From assembly GCA_963798485.1 (NCBI GenBank), contig CAWCTR010000014.1, positions 384,001 through 448,000 of the forward strand: 64,000 nt of DNA, written 5' to 3'. The notes under the pieces were generated by a model. That model was not told the origin of the DNA, did no database searches, and saw only the letters and a program-made list of their open reading frames with translations. The number at the start of each line of letters is the position of its first letter. Positions within the stretch are counted from its first letter, which is position 1. Made by a program: the position numbers and the translations under genes. Below, piece after piece: positions 10,818 through 20,652 of this stretch. This DNA comes from an uncultured delta proteobacterium (GTDB lineage: Bacteria > Desulfobacterota > Desulfomonilia > UBA1062).

Positions 10818-12296
10818 ATGGCTCGCTATGATTATGATCTCGGGATCATCGGCGGTGGTGCTGCAGGACTGACTGCAGCTGCAGGTGCTGCACAGTTCGG
10901 GGCAAAGACCATCCTCATGGAAAAGTCCGGTCGCCTCGGAGGGGACTGCCTGCACTTCGGCTGTGTGCCCTCCAAGACACTCATCCATACGGCATCCGTT
11001 TGGGCGCTGGCCCGCAGGTCTAAAGAGTTCGGCCTGCCCGGTTTGGCGTTGCCGACCGTAGACCTCGGCGCAGTCATGGACAGGGTAGCCGGGGTGATAG
11101 AGACTATTCAGCACCACGACTCGACTGAACGTTTCTGCTCGCTGGGTGCACTTGTCCGATTCGGTGAGGCGGTATTTGTGGATGATCATGTCGTGAACCT
11201 GGACGGTAAGGGCATCTCCGCCAAGAGCTGGATCATCGCAACAGGGTCTTCCCCTGCCCTGCCGTCGATTGATGGCCTGAACGATGTCCCTTACTGGACG
11301 AACGAGACCGTGTTTTCTCAGCGAACGCTCCCAGGGCGTCTTATCGTGCTCGGCGGCGGACCCATCGGATGCGAGATGGCCCAGTCATTCGCACGTCTCG
11401 GATCAAAGGTCACCATCATAGAGTTCCTGGATCAGATCCTTGGCGTTGAAGACGCCGATATGGCTCAAATCCTTAAAAATCAGCTCATGTCAGAAGGTGT
11501 GCTCATCCATACCGGCACCAAGGCCATACGGGTGGAAAAAAGAAACAAGGGCATCCTTCTCACCACCGGTCCTGCCCGGGGAGAGGGGCCTGAGCGAGTC
11601 ATCGAGGCTGACGCCCTGCTTGTTGCAGCAGGAAGGAAACCGAATGTGGATGGCCTCTCCCTGGAGGCGGCTGGGATTCATTACACGCCTAAAGGCATCC
11701 CGACAAATGACCGCCTGAAGACGAACATCCACCATATCTATGCCTGCGGGGATATAAACGGGGTAATGCCCTTCACCCATGTGGCAGGCTATGAAGGAGG
11801 TATTGCCCTTTCAAACGCAGTCCTGCGCCTCCCGCGCAGGGCCGATTACACTCGCGTCGGATGGTGTACCTATACCTCCCCGGAGATAGCGAGCATCGGA
11901 CTCAATGAGAAACGCGCTCAAGAGGAAGGCACCAGGTATAGCGTAATCGAAGAGCTTTTCAGCCAGAATGATCGGGCCCTCGCCGAGGGAGAGCCTAAGG
12001 GCAAGATCAAGCTGTTGCTGGACGGTGGTGGCAAGCTGCTGGGCGCTCAGGTCATCGGGGTTCATGCCGGAGAGCTCATACATGAATGGATCCTTGCCAG
12101 GAACGGCAAGGTAGGCCTATCAACCATGGCAGGAACTATTCACCTCTACCCGACATTATCCGAGATCTCCAAACGTGCTGCAGGAAATTACTTCGCCTCG
12201 AGGCTTTTCTCGGATAAGACCCGGTCTGTTCTCAGACTGCTCTTCAATCTTAAGGGGCGGGCGTGTACTGTGGATAATGATATGCCTGGAAAATAG
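10818..12296 (+). CDS. FAD-dependent pyridine nucleotide-disulphide oxidoreductase (mercuric reductase/Lpd-like)
   Basis: GGGAAG, GGDCLHFGCVPSK redox disulphide, GGGPIGCE, YACGD, HLYPTLSE. No C-terminal Cys-Cys pair of true MerA. Confidence 0.85.
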   Translation: MARYDYDLGIIGGGAAGLTAAAGAAQFGAKTILMEKSGRLGGDCLHFGCVPSKTLIHTASVWALARRSKEFGLPGLALPTVDLGAVMDRVAGVIETIQHHDSTERFCSLGALVRFGEAVFVDDHVVNLDGKGISAKSWIIATGSSPALPSIDGLNDVPYWTNETVFSQRTLPGRLIVLGGGPIGCEMAQSFARLGSKVTIIEFLDQILGVEDADMAQILKNQLMSEGVLIHTGTKAIRVEKRNKGILLTTGPARGEGPERVIEADALLVAAGRKPNVDGLSLEAAGIHYTPKGIPTNDRLKTNIHHIYACGDINGVMPFTHVAGYEGGIALSNAVLRLPRRADYTRVGWCTYTSPEIASIGLNEKRAQEEGTRYSVIEELFSQNDRALAEGEPKGKIKLLLDGGGKLLGAQVIGVHAGELIHEWILARNGKVGLSTMAGTIHLYPTLSEISKRAAGNYFASRLFSDKTRSVLRLLFNLKGRACTVDNDMPGK

Positions 12297-12302
12297 ACAC
12301 CA

Positions 12303-12824
12303 CTAAAACGACTTTATCTCCCAGATACCCTCATCGTTCTTTATAAAGATAAGATCACTCGAATAAGAATAGATCTTGTCTATCGGTATCTTGATCTTAT
12401 ATTCTGCACAATTTGCCCCTTTGACCCCGATGAACTTGATGTCTTCCATGTATTTAAGGACAGGGACGCGCTGTTCCGATGTAGCGGCAGACAGGAGCAT
12501 CTTGTGTATCACCCTCATATCCTTGTCGAAATAAGTAGAAGCTTTATCGATATCATCATTGGAAAGGGCCTTGACCATTCCCTGCCAGCGAGTCCTCAGC
12601 ATGGTATCGAGCTCTTCCAACTCATTGGTTGTCCACTTCTTGTTTGATTCGCGCAGCTTTATCTTCAGGGAGATAACCTTGTTCACCTGATCCTGAGAAA
12701 AGCCGGACAGTTGCATCTCTTCCACAAGCTGTATCTCATCATCAGTCAGCATTGTCTTGCAATGCGAAACGGTTGGGAGAAAAAACAAACCGATTAGCAG
12801 CGAACAGAAAATGAACGACCTCAT
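12303..12824 (-). CDS. Hypothetical exported protein (possible NTF2-like C-terminal domain)
   Basis: RBS GGAGGT before ATG 12824; signal peptide; C-terminus RWQGMVKALSNDDIDKASTYF...IFIKNDEGIWEIKSF. Confidence 0.6.
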   Translation of the reverse strand: MRSFIFCSLLIGLFFLPTVSHCKTMLTDDEIQLVEEMQLSGFSQDQVNKVISLKIKLRESNKKWTTNELEELDTMLRTRWQGMVKALSNDDIDKASTYFDKDMRVIHKMLLSAATSEQRVPVLKYMEDIKFIGVKGANCAEYKIKIPIDKIYSYSSDLIFIKNDEGIWEIKSF

Positions 12825-13082
12825 CGTAGTACCTCCATCAAATAACCAAGAGCGTTTCATAGTGTTACAAATATCTCAGCAGAATTAATACATTAAATAT
12901 ACTTTTACACCATATCGGGTGTCTTTCCAAGGGGGCATTTTCAGCAATTTATTCATTTTGGGTATATTACAGCCGATTGACTATAAAGCAAGTATGTGGT
13001 TAGATATATATGTAGCTATTTGTTTTGATGGTACATGACCTTTGTGCTCATGTTTTATTTAAATGTATGAGGAGGATCAGAA

Positions 13083-15050
13083 ATGAAGAGCTCTACTTTT
13101 GCTATGATATTGTTTTTTATCACTGTTGCATCTCCCGCATGTTTTGCCGGGGATAAGACCTACCGTATCGAGGTACTGCAGGTAACAAATATTGAACCCT
13201 ACCAGAAATCATATGAGGGTTTCCTCAAGGTACTCGAGAATAATGGCATCGCTCAGGGGAAGAACCTCACCATCAATCGTACCATCATCGACTTCGATAT
13301 AGAAAAGGCCGGTCTTTGGAAAAAGGTGGGGGTCCTCCTTCGGATAAGAAGCGAGGCATCAAGGATCGTGGGCGCTAAGCCCGATCTTGTCCTTACCATA
13401 GGCACACCCGCCACCAAGTATGCGAAAGAGAAAATAATCAGCGCGGGGATACCGCTTGTATTCACGGCAGTAGCAATCCCCGAGGCTGCAGGGTGTGAAT
13501 CCCTAACCCAGGCCGGCCCTGGTTTTACCGGAGCTACCCTGCACATGAATATGCAAGAGTCGCTGAAAAAGGTGAAGCTCGCCTTCCCCTCAATCAAGAT
13601 TATGGGGATTGTCCACAGTGATGATGAAAACGCGATTGCCCATGTTGAAGAGGCCCAGAAATATGCCGCTTCATTCGGGCTTACGTTTATCACAAAGGAG
13701 GTCGGAAAGAGCGAAAGCATCGTGGAGGCACTTGAGGAGCTTGCAGCCAAAGGGGCGCAGGCCTTCTGCGTACCGCTTGATACCTATTATGGTGTGCGGA
13801 ATTATGAGGCATGCCGGGCCCTCGAGATGTTTTCCAACAGGACCAAGCTCCCGGTCATCAGCTTTGCCCTCATGAGGGTCCCCGGGGCCATGATGTATGT
13901 GGGTTCAGATTTCCAAACCATCGGCGAGCTGTCTGCAGATCAGGCTGTCAAGATCCTCAAGGATGGGGCAAAACCCGAAAGCCTGCCTGTCCTCATGCAA
14001 CACGAGCCTAAAATCCTTGTGGATAAGAACCGCCTTACGGATTTCAACCTTCAGCTGCCGACAGATATTATGAATGCCGCACAGATCGTTGATTTTACCC
14101 GTGAGAAAATATTCCGGGTCGAGGTGCTCCAGGTGACTGATATTGAACCTTTTCAGAAATCATACGAGGGCTTTATTGAAGTACTGAAAAAGAACGGCCT
14201 TATAGAAGGTAAGAACCTCCTCATGAACAGGAAGATTATCGATTTTGATATGGAGAGTGCAGGCTTGTGGAACAAGGTAGCAGTTCTCATGAGGATCAGG
14301 TATGAAGCCTCTCGAATCGCTGAATTGAGGCCTGATCTCGTCCTTACCATCGGCACCCCTGCCACAAAGTATGCGAAAGGTACGATTATAGATGCCGGGA
14401 TTCCTGTTGTATTTACGGCAGTCGCCATTCCCGAGGCCGCAGGATGCAGGTCAAAAACCTTTGCAGGGCAAGGGTTCACCGGGTCAACACTCTATATGAA
14501 TATGCACCATGCCTTGAAGATCGTGAGGCTGGCCTTCCCGAATATAAAACGCGTGGGCATCATCTACAGCGACGACGAGAATGGTATTGCCCACATGGAA
14601 GAGGCAACACTATACGGTCCTGAGGATGCGGGGCTGACATTCATTTCCAGAGAAGTGGGCAAGAATGATTCAATCATACCTGCAGCCCAGGATCTCGAAA
14701 AGAGTGGTGTGGAGGCATTTGCCGTTCCTTTGGACACCTACTATGCATTACGGAAATATGAGGCGGCAAAGGGATTAATGAATTTTTCGCTAAAAACGAA
14801 GATCCCGATTTTCAGCTTCGCCCTGGTAAAAATGCCCGGTGCCATGATGTATGTAGGGTCGGATTTCACTACTATCGGAGAGCTTTCCGGGACTCAGGCA
14901 GTCAAGATTATTAAGGACGGGACAAGGCCTGAAAGCCTGCCCATTCTCAGACAGGAAGATCTTAGGATACTTGTCGATACGAATCAACTCAGAGAATTGC
15001 ACTATAAACTACCCCTGGAAATCCTCGAGATAGCCCATGATGTTGAATGA
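13083..15050 (+). CDS. ABC transporter substrate-binding protein (PF04392-like), two tandem domains
   Basis: Signal peptide; two ~315-aa copies each with PDLVLTIGTPATKYAK, GIPxVFTAVAIPEAAGC, YVGSDFxTIGELS, PESLP. Confidence 0.85.
   Translation: MKSSTFAMILFFITVASPACFAGDKTYRIEVLQVTNIEPYQKSYEGFLKVLENNGIAQGKNLTINRTIIDFDIEKAGLWKKVGVLLRIRSEASRIVGAKPDLVLTIGTPATKYAKEKIISAGIPLVFTAVAIPEAAGCESLTQAGPGFTGATLHMNMQESLKKVKLAFPSIKIMGIVHSDDENAIAHVEEAQKYAASFGLTFITKEVGKSESIVEALEELAAKGAQAFCVPLDTYYGVRNYEACRALEMFSNRTKLPVISFALMRVPGAMMYVGSDFQTIGELSADQAVKILKDGAKPESLPVLMQHEPKILVDKNRLTDFNLQLPTDIMNAAQIVDFTREKIFRVEVLQVTDIEPFQKSYEGFIEVLKKNGLIEGKNLLMNRKIIDFDMESAGLWNKVAVLMRIRYEASRIAELRPDLVLTIGTPATKYAKGTIIDAGIPVVFTAVAIPEAAGCRSKTFAGQGFTGSTLYMNMHHALKIVRLAFPNIKRVGIIYSDDENGIAHMEEATLYGPEDAGLTFISREVGKNDSIIPAAQDLEKSGVEAFAVPLDTYYALRKYEAAKGLMNFSLKTKIPIFSFALVKMPGAMMYVGSDFTTIGELSGTQAVKIIKDGTRPESLPILRQEDLRILVDTNQLRELHYKLPLEILEIAHDVE
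13152..15047 (+). repeat. Intragenic tandem duplication (~13152-14096 and ~14103-15047)
   Basis: Near-identical DNA blocks, e.g. CTTGTCCTTACCATAGGCACACCCGCCACCAAGTATGCGAAAG versus CTCGTCCTTACCATCGGCACCCCTGCCACAAAGTATGCGAAAG. Confidence 0.85.
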
Positions 15051-15074
15051 ACTCAATAATGTATTTATCACACA

Positions 15075-15131
15075 ACCCGTTCACAACGGGTGAAGCAAGA
15101 AAAGGCCAAGGGGCAGGATATGCCTGCCCCT
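15075..15131. terminator. Two hairpins between convergent genes (likely terminators)
   Basis: ACCCGTT-CAC-AACGGGT and AGGGGCAGG-ATATG-CCTGCCCCT. Confidence 0.55.
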
Positions 15132-15140
15132 GTGAACTGC

Positions 15141-15341
15141 TTAGGATTTGCTGACGTTTGAAGCCTGGGGCCCCTTAGGTCCTGCAACAATGTCGAATGT
15201 TACACGCTGACCCTCTTCAAGGGATTTAAACCCTTCCCCATTGATCGATGAATGGTGCACGAAAACATCTTGTCCACCGTCTGCTGTGATGAAACCGAAT
15301 CCTTTTGAATCGTTAAACCATTTTACTGTTCCCTGTGCCAT
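15141..15341 (-). CDS. Cold-shock protein
   Basis: [15 protein letters not shown] (RNP1), DVFVHHS (RNP2), GPKGPQA. Confidence 0.96.
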   Translation of the reverse strand: MAQGTVKWFNDSKGFGFITADGGQDVFVHHSSINGEGFKSLEEGQRVTFDIVAGPKGPQASNVSKS

Positions 15342-15691
15342 TGATTACCTCTTAATCCAGATCCCAGTTCGGCAAAACCTTGGGTCTGTGTTTGTGTATT
15401 TCTGAAAACAGAATGTATCGTAAAAGAATTTTGCTTAGAGTGTATCCGAAGGTACCATTCGTAAGGCAAGATTCGAGTCAGATATATTCATATTTCAGAT
15501 ATGAAATGTTCATAAACGTGAAGCGGGACACTGTCAAGCACTAAATACCTTCATGAGAATTTTTCATTGATGTGCATGCCGTTTACCCATACCGAGCCAC
15601 CCTCTATCCAGGCCCTTGAAAAACATTTTATATTCCCTAACAAGTAAGCTACTATTACAATTATTGAGATCGGACTCCAGGGGAGACCATA

Positions 15692-16837
15692 ATGCCGTTA
15701 TTCCTGCTCGTCATCTTTGGCCTATATAGCGCCGTTCATGTCTATACCTTCTTAAAGATCAAGGCTGCCTTTCCTTTCGGGCTTGTTCCCGGCATCTTCC
15801 TGGGCGTCTTCATGGCTGTCATGACATGCGCCCCTATTCTTGTAAGGATACTGGAAAGGCATGGGTATGACCTTACGGCACGCCTTATGTCTTATATCGG
15901 GTATAGCTGGATGGGTATCCTCTTTATCTTTTTCTCGCTGTCTCTTCTGTTCGATCTCTATCGACTGTTCATATATACAGCCGGTCTCTTCTTACACAGG
16001 GATTTAGCAGCAATCATACCTCCGGCTGCAATCTCCTTTCTCACATTGACGTTTCTTGCCCTATGCATTGCCGTCTACGGCTACCACGATGCCCTGAATA
16101 TCCGTCCGGAGATGATAATCATCAGGACATCAAAGATCCCTGAAACGATTCACCGGCTGCGGATTGCCCAGATCTCAGATGTCCACCTCGGCATCATTGT
16201 CAGACAGGGACGTTTGCAAAGGATACTCAAGGTGCTCCATGAGGCGAACCCTGACATCCTCGTCTCGACGGGTGATCTTGTAGATTCTCAGATCGACAGC
16301 CTGTCAGGCCTTGCTGATACCATCAAGGAGATCCGGCCTCGATATGGGAAGTATGCCGTTACCGGCAATCACGAATTCTATGCAGGGCTCCCGCATGCCC
16401 TGGAAATAACAACAAAGGCCGGCTTTACTGTCTTAAGAAACGAGGCAGTCAGCGTCTCCGGACTCATCAATATTGCAGGTGTCGATGACCCCACCGGCAA
16501 ATATCTCGGCCTGTCAAGCGGTATACCGGAAGAGCAACTGCTTTCGCGGCTTCCGAGAGATACATTCACCCTGCTCCTCAAACATCAACCCATAATCCGT
16601 GAAGGCTCGCTTGGTCTGTTTGATCTTCAGCTCTCAGGGCATACCCACCAGGGACAGATCTTCCCCTTCAGGTACTTGGTGCAGATCTTCTTCTCCCATA
16701 TTGCCGGGTGGTACGATCTCCCGAAGGGGTCTCATCTATATGTCAGCCGTGGAACAGGGACCTGGGGACCCCCGATCCGCTTTCTCTCCTCACCTGAGGT
16801 CACGGTGATCGATCTCATCCATGAGAGTCAGTATTGA
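15692..16837 (+). CDS. Membrane-anchored metallophosphoesterase (YkuE/YaeI-like)
   Basis: N-terminal TM helices; QISDVHLG, TGDLVD, TGNHEFY, LSGHTHQGQ, SRGTGTWGPP. Confidence 0.88.
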   Translation: MPLFLLVIFGLYSAVHVYTFLKIKAAFPFGLVPGIFLGVFMAVMTCAPILVRILERHGYDLTARLMSYIGYSWMGILFIFFSLSLLFDLYRLFIYTAGLFLHRDLAAIIPPAAISFLTLTFLALCIAVYGYHDALNIRPEMIIIRTSKIPETIHRLRIAQISDVHLGIIVRQGRLQRILKVLHEANPDILVSTGDLVDSQIDSLSGLADTIKEIRPRYGKYAVTGNHEFYAGLPHALEITTKAGFTVLRNEAVSVSGLINIAGVDDPTGKYLGLSSGIPEEQLLSRLPRDTFTLLLKHQPIIREGSLGLFDLQLSGHTHQGQIFPFRYLVQIFFSHIAGWYDLPKGSHLYVSRGTGTWGPPIRFLSSPEVTVIDLIHESQY

Positions 16838-16903
16838 GTGGGGCCTTGTAAGTTTAATGACAAATCCTTATTATGAATTGATATCACATGATGGAGGTAT
16901 CTA

Positions 16904-17446
16904 ATGGCACGGGACTCAAGAGATACGAAGAAGAAAAAGGTTGTCGAGGTTCTCAACAACGCACGCTCCCTGGAGCTCAAGGCTATCTATCAATACATGA
17001 ATCAGCACTATAACCTGGACAACATGGATTATGGTGATCTGGCGTTGAAGGTCAAGCTCATTGCCATTGACGAGATGCGCCATGCCGAGATGTTCGCAGA
17101 GCGGATCAAGGAGCTCGACGGCGAACCTACTGCAGAACCGGCGGCTAAGATAGAGAAAGGGCAGAAGGTCGAGGTCATCTTCCCCTTTGATGCTGCGCTC
17201 GAGGACAATGCCATCGATACCTACAACCAGTTCGTGCTGGTATGCAGGGAGAACGGCGACAGCACAAGCATGAAACTCTTTGAGACCATCATCGATGAAG
17301 AGCAGATCCATTTCAATTACTTTGACAATGTCGGAGAACATATAACCAAGCTTGGCCCGGCATACCTTTCACAGATTGCCGGGACACCAGCCGACACCGC
17401 AACACCAGCGCAGGGCTTTATCGCGGCAAAAGGCGGCGCTGCATAA
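16904..17446 (+). CDS. bfr: Bacterioferritin (Desulfovibrio-type)
   Basis: ELKAIYQYMNQHY, IAIDEMRHAE, IIDEEQIH ferroxidase ligands; closely resembles Desulfovibrio Bfr. Confidence 0.88.
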   Translation: MARDSRDTKKKKVVEVLNNARSLELKAIYQYMNQHYNLDNMDYGDLALKVKLIAIDEMRHAEMFAERIKELDGEPTAEPAAKIEKGQKVEVIFPFDAALEDNAIDTYNQFVLVCRENGDSTSMKLFETIIDEEQIHFNYFDNVGEHITKLGPAYLSQIAGTPADTATPAQGFIAAKGGAA

Positions 17447-17459
17447 AATAACTTTTAGA

Positions 17460-17494
17460 GATGAAGGGGCGCGTTTGCTGCGCCCTCTTTCATC
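17460..17494 (+). terminator. Hairpin downstream of bfr
   Basis: GATGAAGGGGCGC...GCGCCCTCTTTCATC inverted repeat. Confidence 0.5.
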
Positions 17495-17514
17495 CATATC
17501 TTCCGAGGGAACGC

Positions 17515-17730
17515 ATGGGGCTGTTTAAACTCGATGCTCAGCTTCTTATCACTACTGCAGTTGTGTCTCTTGTGGCCACAGTTGCTATCGCCCTCATGAT
17601 TAATATGGTCCAGCCCGGATTAAACGTTTTCAAGGGCGGTATCGCCCTGTTCGTTTATATAGGCGTCTTCACAGCCAATCTCATCATTGAGGCTGCCCGT
17701 CAACGATCTGATAAAAAACAGGACCTGTAG
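17515..17730 (+). CDS. Small two-TM hypothetical membrane protein
   Basis: RBS GAGGGA before ATG 17515; two hydrophobic segments. Confidence 0.55.
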   Translation: MGLFKLDAQLLITTAVVSLVATVAIALMINMVQPGLNVFKGGIALFVYIGVFTANLIIEAARQRSDKKQDL

Positions 17731-17796
17731 CAGGAACCTATTTTATATTATTATATCGTTAAATTAACCCATAAACCTCTTAAATTCTGCGATTTA

Positions 17797-17831
17797 ATTC
17801 ATTGACAAAATGAATGGCAATTCATTATAAT
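17797..17831 (+). promoter_or_regulatory. Sigma70 promoter with overlapping palindromic operator
   Basis: TTGACA (17802-17807), 18-nt spacer, TATAAT (17826-17831). AATGAAT-GGCA-ATTCATT inverted repeat at 17809-17826 plus an extra ATTCATT half-site at 17797-17803. Confidence 0.75.
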
Positions 17832-17883
17832 GCTCGCGCTCTTAGGTAAGACTCCACTAAAAACCGTGAAGGAGAATTAAAAC

Positions 17884-19713
17884 ATGGCATCTAATTTCCT
17901 CTATTCAACCCGTGAACAGAAATTCATCCTGAAAGAATGGCTCGACATGTCAAGGGTCTTTGAGACCGGACGCTTCAAAGGCGGTTACAGCGTCGATGAC
18001 ATCGACTCCATCCTTGAAAACGCCATGAAGATCGCCAAAGAGGTCGTGGCCCCTACGAACGAAGACGGCGACACCAAGCATGCCGTATACACAGACGGCA
18101 AGGTCACTGTTCCAGAATCCTTTAAAAAGGCTTACTGGGCTGTCCAGGAAAACGGCCTGGGTTCAAGCAATGGCGACCATACCGATCCCAGCTCCATGCC
18201 GCTATGCGTGATGGGGGCTACCAATGAATACCTCGCAGCCGCAAATGCCGCATTAGGCCCTTATGCCATGGCTACCACCGGTTCAGCCGGCCTGATCAGG
18301 GATTTCGGCAGCGACAAGGTAAAGAATATATTCCTGCCCAAGATGTTCTGCGGCCAGTGGGCTGGTACCATGGACCTTACCGAGCCCAACAGCGGCTCGG
18401 ATGTCGGCGACATCTCGACCAAGGCCTTCCCCACCGAAGAGCCCGGCATATACAAGATCGTGGGCACCAAGTGCTTCATCACCGGCGGCGAGCAGGATAT
18501 CACCGAGAACATTATCCACCTGGCACTGGCCCGCATCGAGGGCTGCGTCCCCGGCACCAAGGGTATATCCCTGTTTGTGGTGCCCAAGTACTGGCCGACC
18601 GAAAACGGCGAGAAGGGCGATTTCAACGACGTGAACTGCGGCGGCATCGAGAACAAGATGGGCCTCAGGGGCTCGGCCACGGCAATCGTGAACTATGGCG
18701 AAGAAGGCAAGTGCCGCGGCTACCTGCTCGGTGACGCCCCGGTTGACGGACGAGGCCAGGGCATGGCCCAGATGTTCCAGATGATGAACGAAGAGCGCAC
18801 AGTAACCGGCCTGGCCGCAATGTCGGCGGCAACGGTAGCCTACAACAATGCATGCATGTATGCCGGCGGGCGCGTCCAGGGCCGGCAACTCACCAACCCC
18901 AAGGCCGGAAGGGTGCCCATCATCAACCATGAAGACCTGCGCCGCATGCTCATGTACCAAAAGTCCATCACCGAGGCATCCCGGGCCATGATCGCGTTTT
19001 CCTACTACGTCATGGACATCGCCGAGAACACGGCCGACGAGAACGAGCGCAAATGGGCCAAGGCCTATGTGGAGGTCAATATTCCCATCGTCAAGGCGTG
19101 GTGCTCGGACATGGCGTTCCTCTCCATCTCCGAGGCCATGCAGTGCTACGGCGGCTACGGGTTCTCCGAGGAATACCCCATTGCACAGCAACTCAGAGAC
19201 TGCCGGATTTACCCCATCTGGGAAGGCACCAACTACATCCAGTCTATGGACCTCATCGGCCGCAAGTGGATGATGGCCGGTGGCCAGGTCTTTGCCATGT
19301 GGCTCGGCGAGATCGAGAAATTCGTGGGTGCCAACAAGGACAATGCCGCACTCTGTACGCAGATCGGCCTGCTGGAAGAAGCGCTTACCACCTACAAGGA
19401 CATCCAGATGACCATGGCCGGATACCTGGGACAGGGCAAGTTCGGCATGATCGGCTTCTTTGCAACCCGCATCCTGCATGCCTCCGGTTATCTCTATGGG
19501 GCAAAACTCCTGTTGGAGCAGGCAGTAATCGCCCAGAAAAAGATCGATGAACTGGGCGATAAGCATTTCGACTATCCGTTCTATGCAGGGAAAGTTGCTT
19601 CAGCGAAGTTCTTCTGCCACAACATCCTGCCCACGGTTGGAACAATCCTTCGGGTCATCAAGGAAGGTGACAATTCCGTCATGGAAGTGCCCGAGGCAAC
19701 CTTTGCACTCTAG
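17884..19713 (+). CDS. Acyl-CoA dehydrogenase (~600-aa class)
   Basis: TMDLTEPNSGSDVG, GTKCFITGG, GTKGISLFVVPK, ENKMG, QCYGGYGF, IWEGTNYIQSMDL. Confidence 0.93.
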   Translation: MASNFLYSTREQKFILKEWLDMSRVFETGRFKGGYSVDDIDSILENAMKIAKEVVAPTNEDGDTKHAVYTDGKVTVPESFKKAYWAVQENGLGSSNGDHTDPSSMPLCVMGATNEYLAAANAALGPYAMATTGSAGLIRDFGSDKVKNIFLPKMFCGQWAGTMDLTEPNSGSDVGDISTKAFPTEEPGIYKIVGTKCFITGGEQDITENIIHLALARIEGCVPGTKGISLFVVPKYWPTENGEKGDFNDVNCGGIENKMGLRGSATAIVNYGEEGKCRGYLLGDAPVDGRGQGMAQMFQMMNEERTVTGLAAMSAATVAYNNACMYAGGRVQGRQLTNPKAGRVPIINHEDLRRMLMYQKSITEASRAMIAFSYYVMDIAENTADENERKWAKAYVEVNIPIVKAWCSDMAFLSISEAMQCYGGYGFSEEYPIAQQLRDCRIYPIWEGTNYIQSMDLIGRKWMMAGGQVFAMWLGEIEKFVGANKDNAALCTQIGLLEEALTTYKDIQMTMAGYLGQGKFGMIGFFATRILHASGYLYGAKLLLEQAVIAQKKIDELGDKHFDYPFYAGKVASAKFFCHNILPTVGTILRVIKEGDNSVMEVPEATFAL

Positions 19714-19731
19714 GCATGGCATACACCAATA

Positions 19732-19773
19732 AAAAGTAAAGAGGGACGGGGCAAACCCCGTCCCCTACTTTTA
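19732..19773 (+). terminator. Rho-independent terminator
   Basis: GGGACGGGG-CAAA-CCCCGTCCC stem followed by TACTTTT. Confidence 0.8.
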
Positions 19774-19883
19774 TAAATGGAAACATCCTCTTTCTTTATT
19801 ATTTATTTCGTATCATATAAGAATATTATGGATTGTTATGCCTTCTCACGTAAGAAAGGCAACTTTTGAGAAAGGAGTGATAA

Positions 19884-20528
19884 ATGAAAGACGGGTATTG
19901 GCTGGTTGGGTTTCAATATGAGTTGACCGGGAATCTGTATAGTCTGGGGAGGATACCCAAGTGCAAATCCGCGATGCTCAAACATGTTAAACCGGGTGAC
20001 AAGGTGCTCGTCGCCGGGGTGGGGCATGGAACGGAGGCTGTGGAGGCAAGCAAGCTGGGTGCTCATGTGACGGCTGTCGACCTGTCGGAGACCATGCTCA
20101 ATCAATTCCGCAAGCGCATCGCAAAGGAGAATCCCGGTAACGAGATCCGTGTTATCCATGACGACATCTTCAATATCAAGGATATCGGACAGTATGACAT
20201 GGTTATTGCGAACTTCTTCCTGAATGTCTTTTCCGAAACAAGGGTAGTCGAGGTAGCGAACCATCTTGGAACACTGGTTAAGCCTGGCGGATATTTTGTT
20301 GTGGGAGAATTCGTCCTGCCGGAGAAAACCGGATGGAAGGGAATCGTTCAGAGGCTTAACTGGTATTTTGCCATATCGTTCTACAGCGCAACCACCGAGG
20401 CAGTCTTCCATCCCGTGTGGAATTACGCTGGCCTTGTGGAAGGCTCAGGCTGCAAAATTCAGGAGATCGAATACTTCACAATATGCAACGTAAACCTGTA
20501 CTGGTCGATCTTGGGGAAAAAAAGCTGA
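19884..20528 (+). CDS. Class I SAM-dependent methyltransferase
   Basis: VLVAGVGHG, VTAVDLSETML, YDMVIANFFLN, VKPGG; RBS AAGGAG. Confidence 0.85.
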   Translation: MKDGYWLVGFQYELTGNLYSLGRIPKCKSAMLKHVKPGDKVLVAGVGHGTEAVEASKLGAHVTAVDLSETMLNQFRKRIAKENPGNEIRVIHDDIFNIKDIGQYDMVIANFFLNVFSETRVVEVANHLGTLVKPGGYFVVGEFVLPEKTGWKGIVQRLNWYFAISFYSATTEAVFHPVWNYAGLVEGSGCKIQEIEYFTICNVNLYWSILGKKS

Positions 20529-20652
20529 CAAAAGATTGTTACTGCTTTTTAAGGAAACCCGCCCGGGTAGCAGCGTGTGGGTATATTGTCGGCCGCGGCT
20601 GCAAAGCACACATTCATGATGGAGGATTCGAGCAGGTTGCTCTAAGTTATAC

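Noticed and set aside
10818-12296. Call as mercuric reductase merA or lpdA
   Set aside because: No C-terminal Cys-Cys or NmerA domain, no mer genes and no 2-oxoacid dehydrogenase genes nearby; left as a family-level call.
18283-19566. 427-aa antisense ORF
   Set aside because: Shadow of the GC3-biased acyl-CoA dehydrogenase; no motifs. The same applies to 1663-2739, 58678-59619 and other long overlapping ORFs.
19743-19764. GGCAAACC as c-di-GMP-I riboswitch
   Set aside because: It is the loop of a simple terminator stem after a stop codon; second GEMM hairpin absent.
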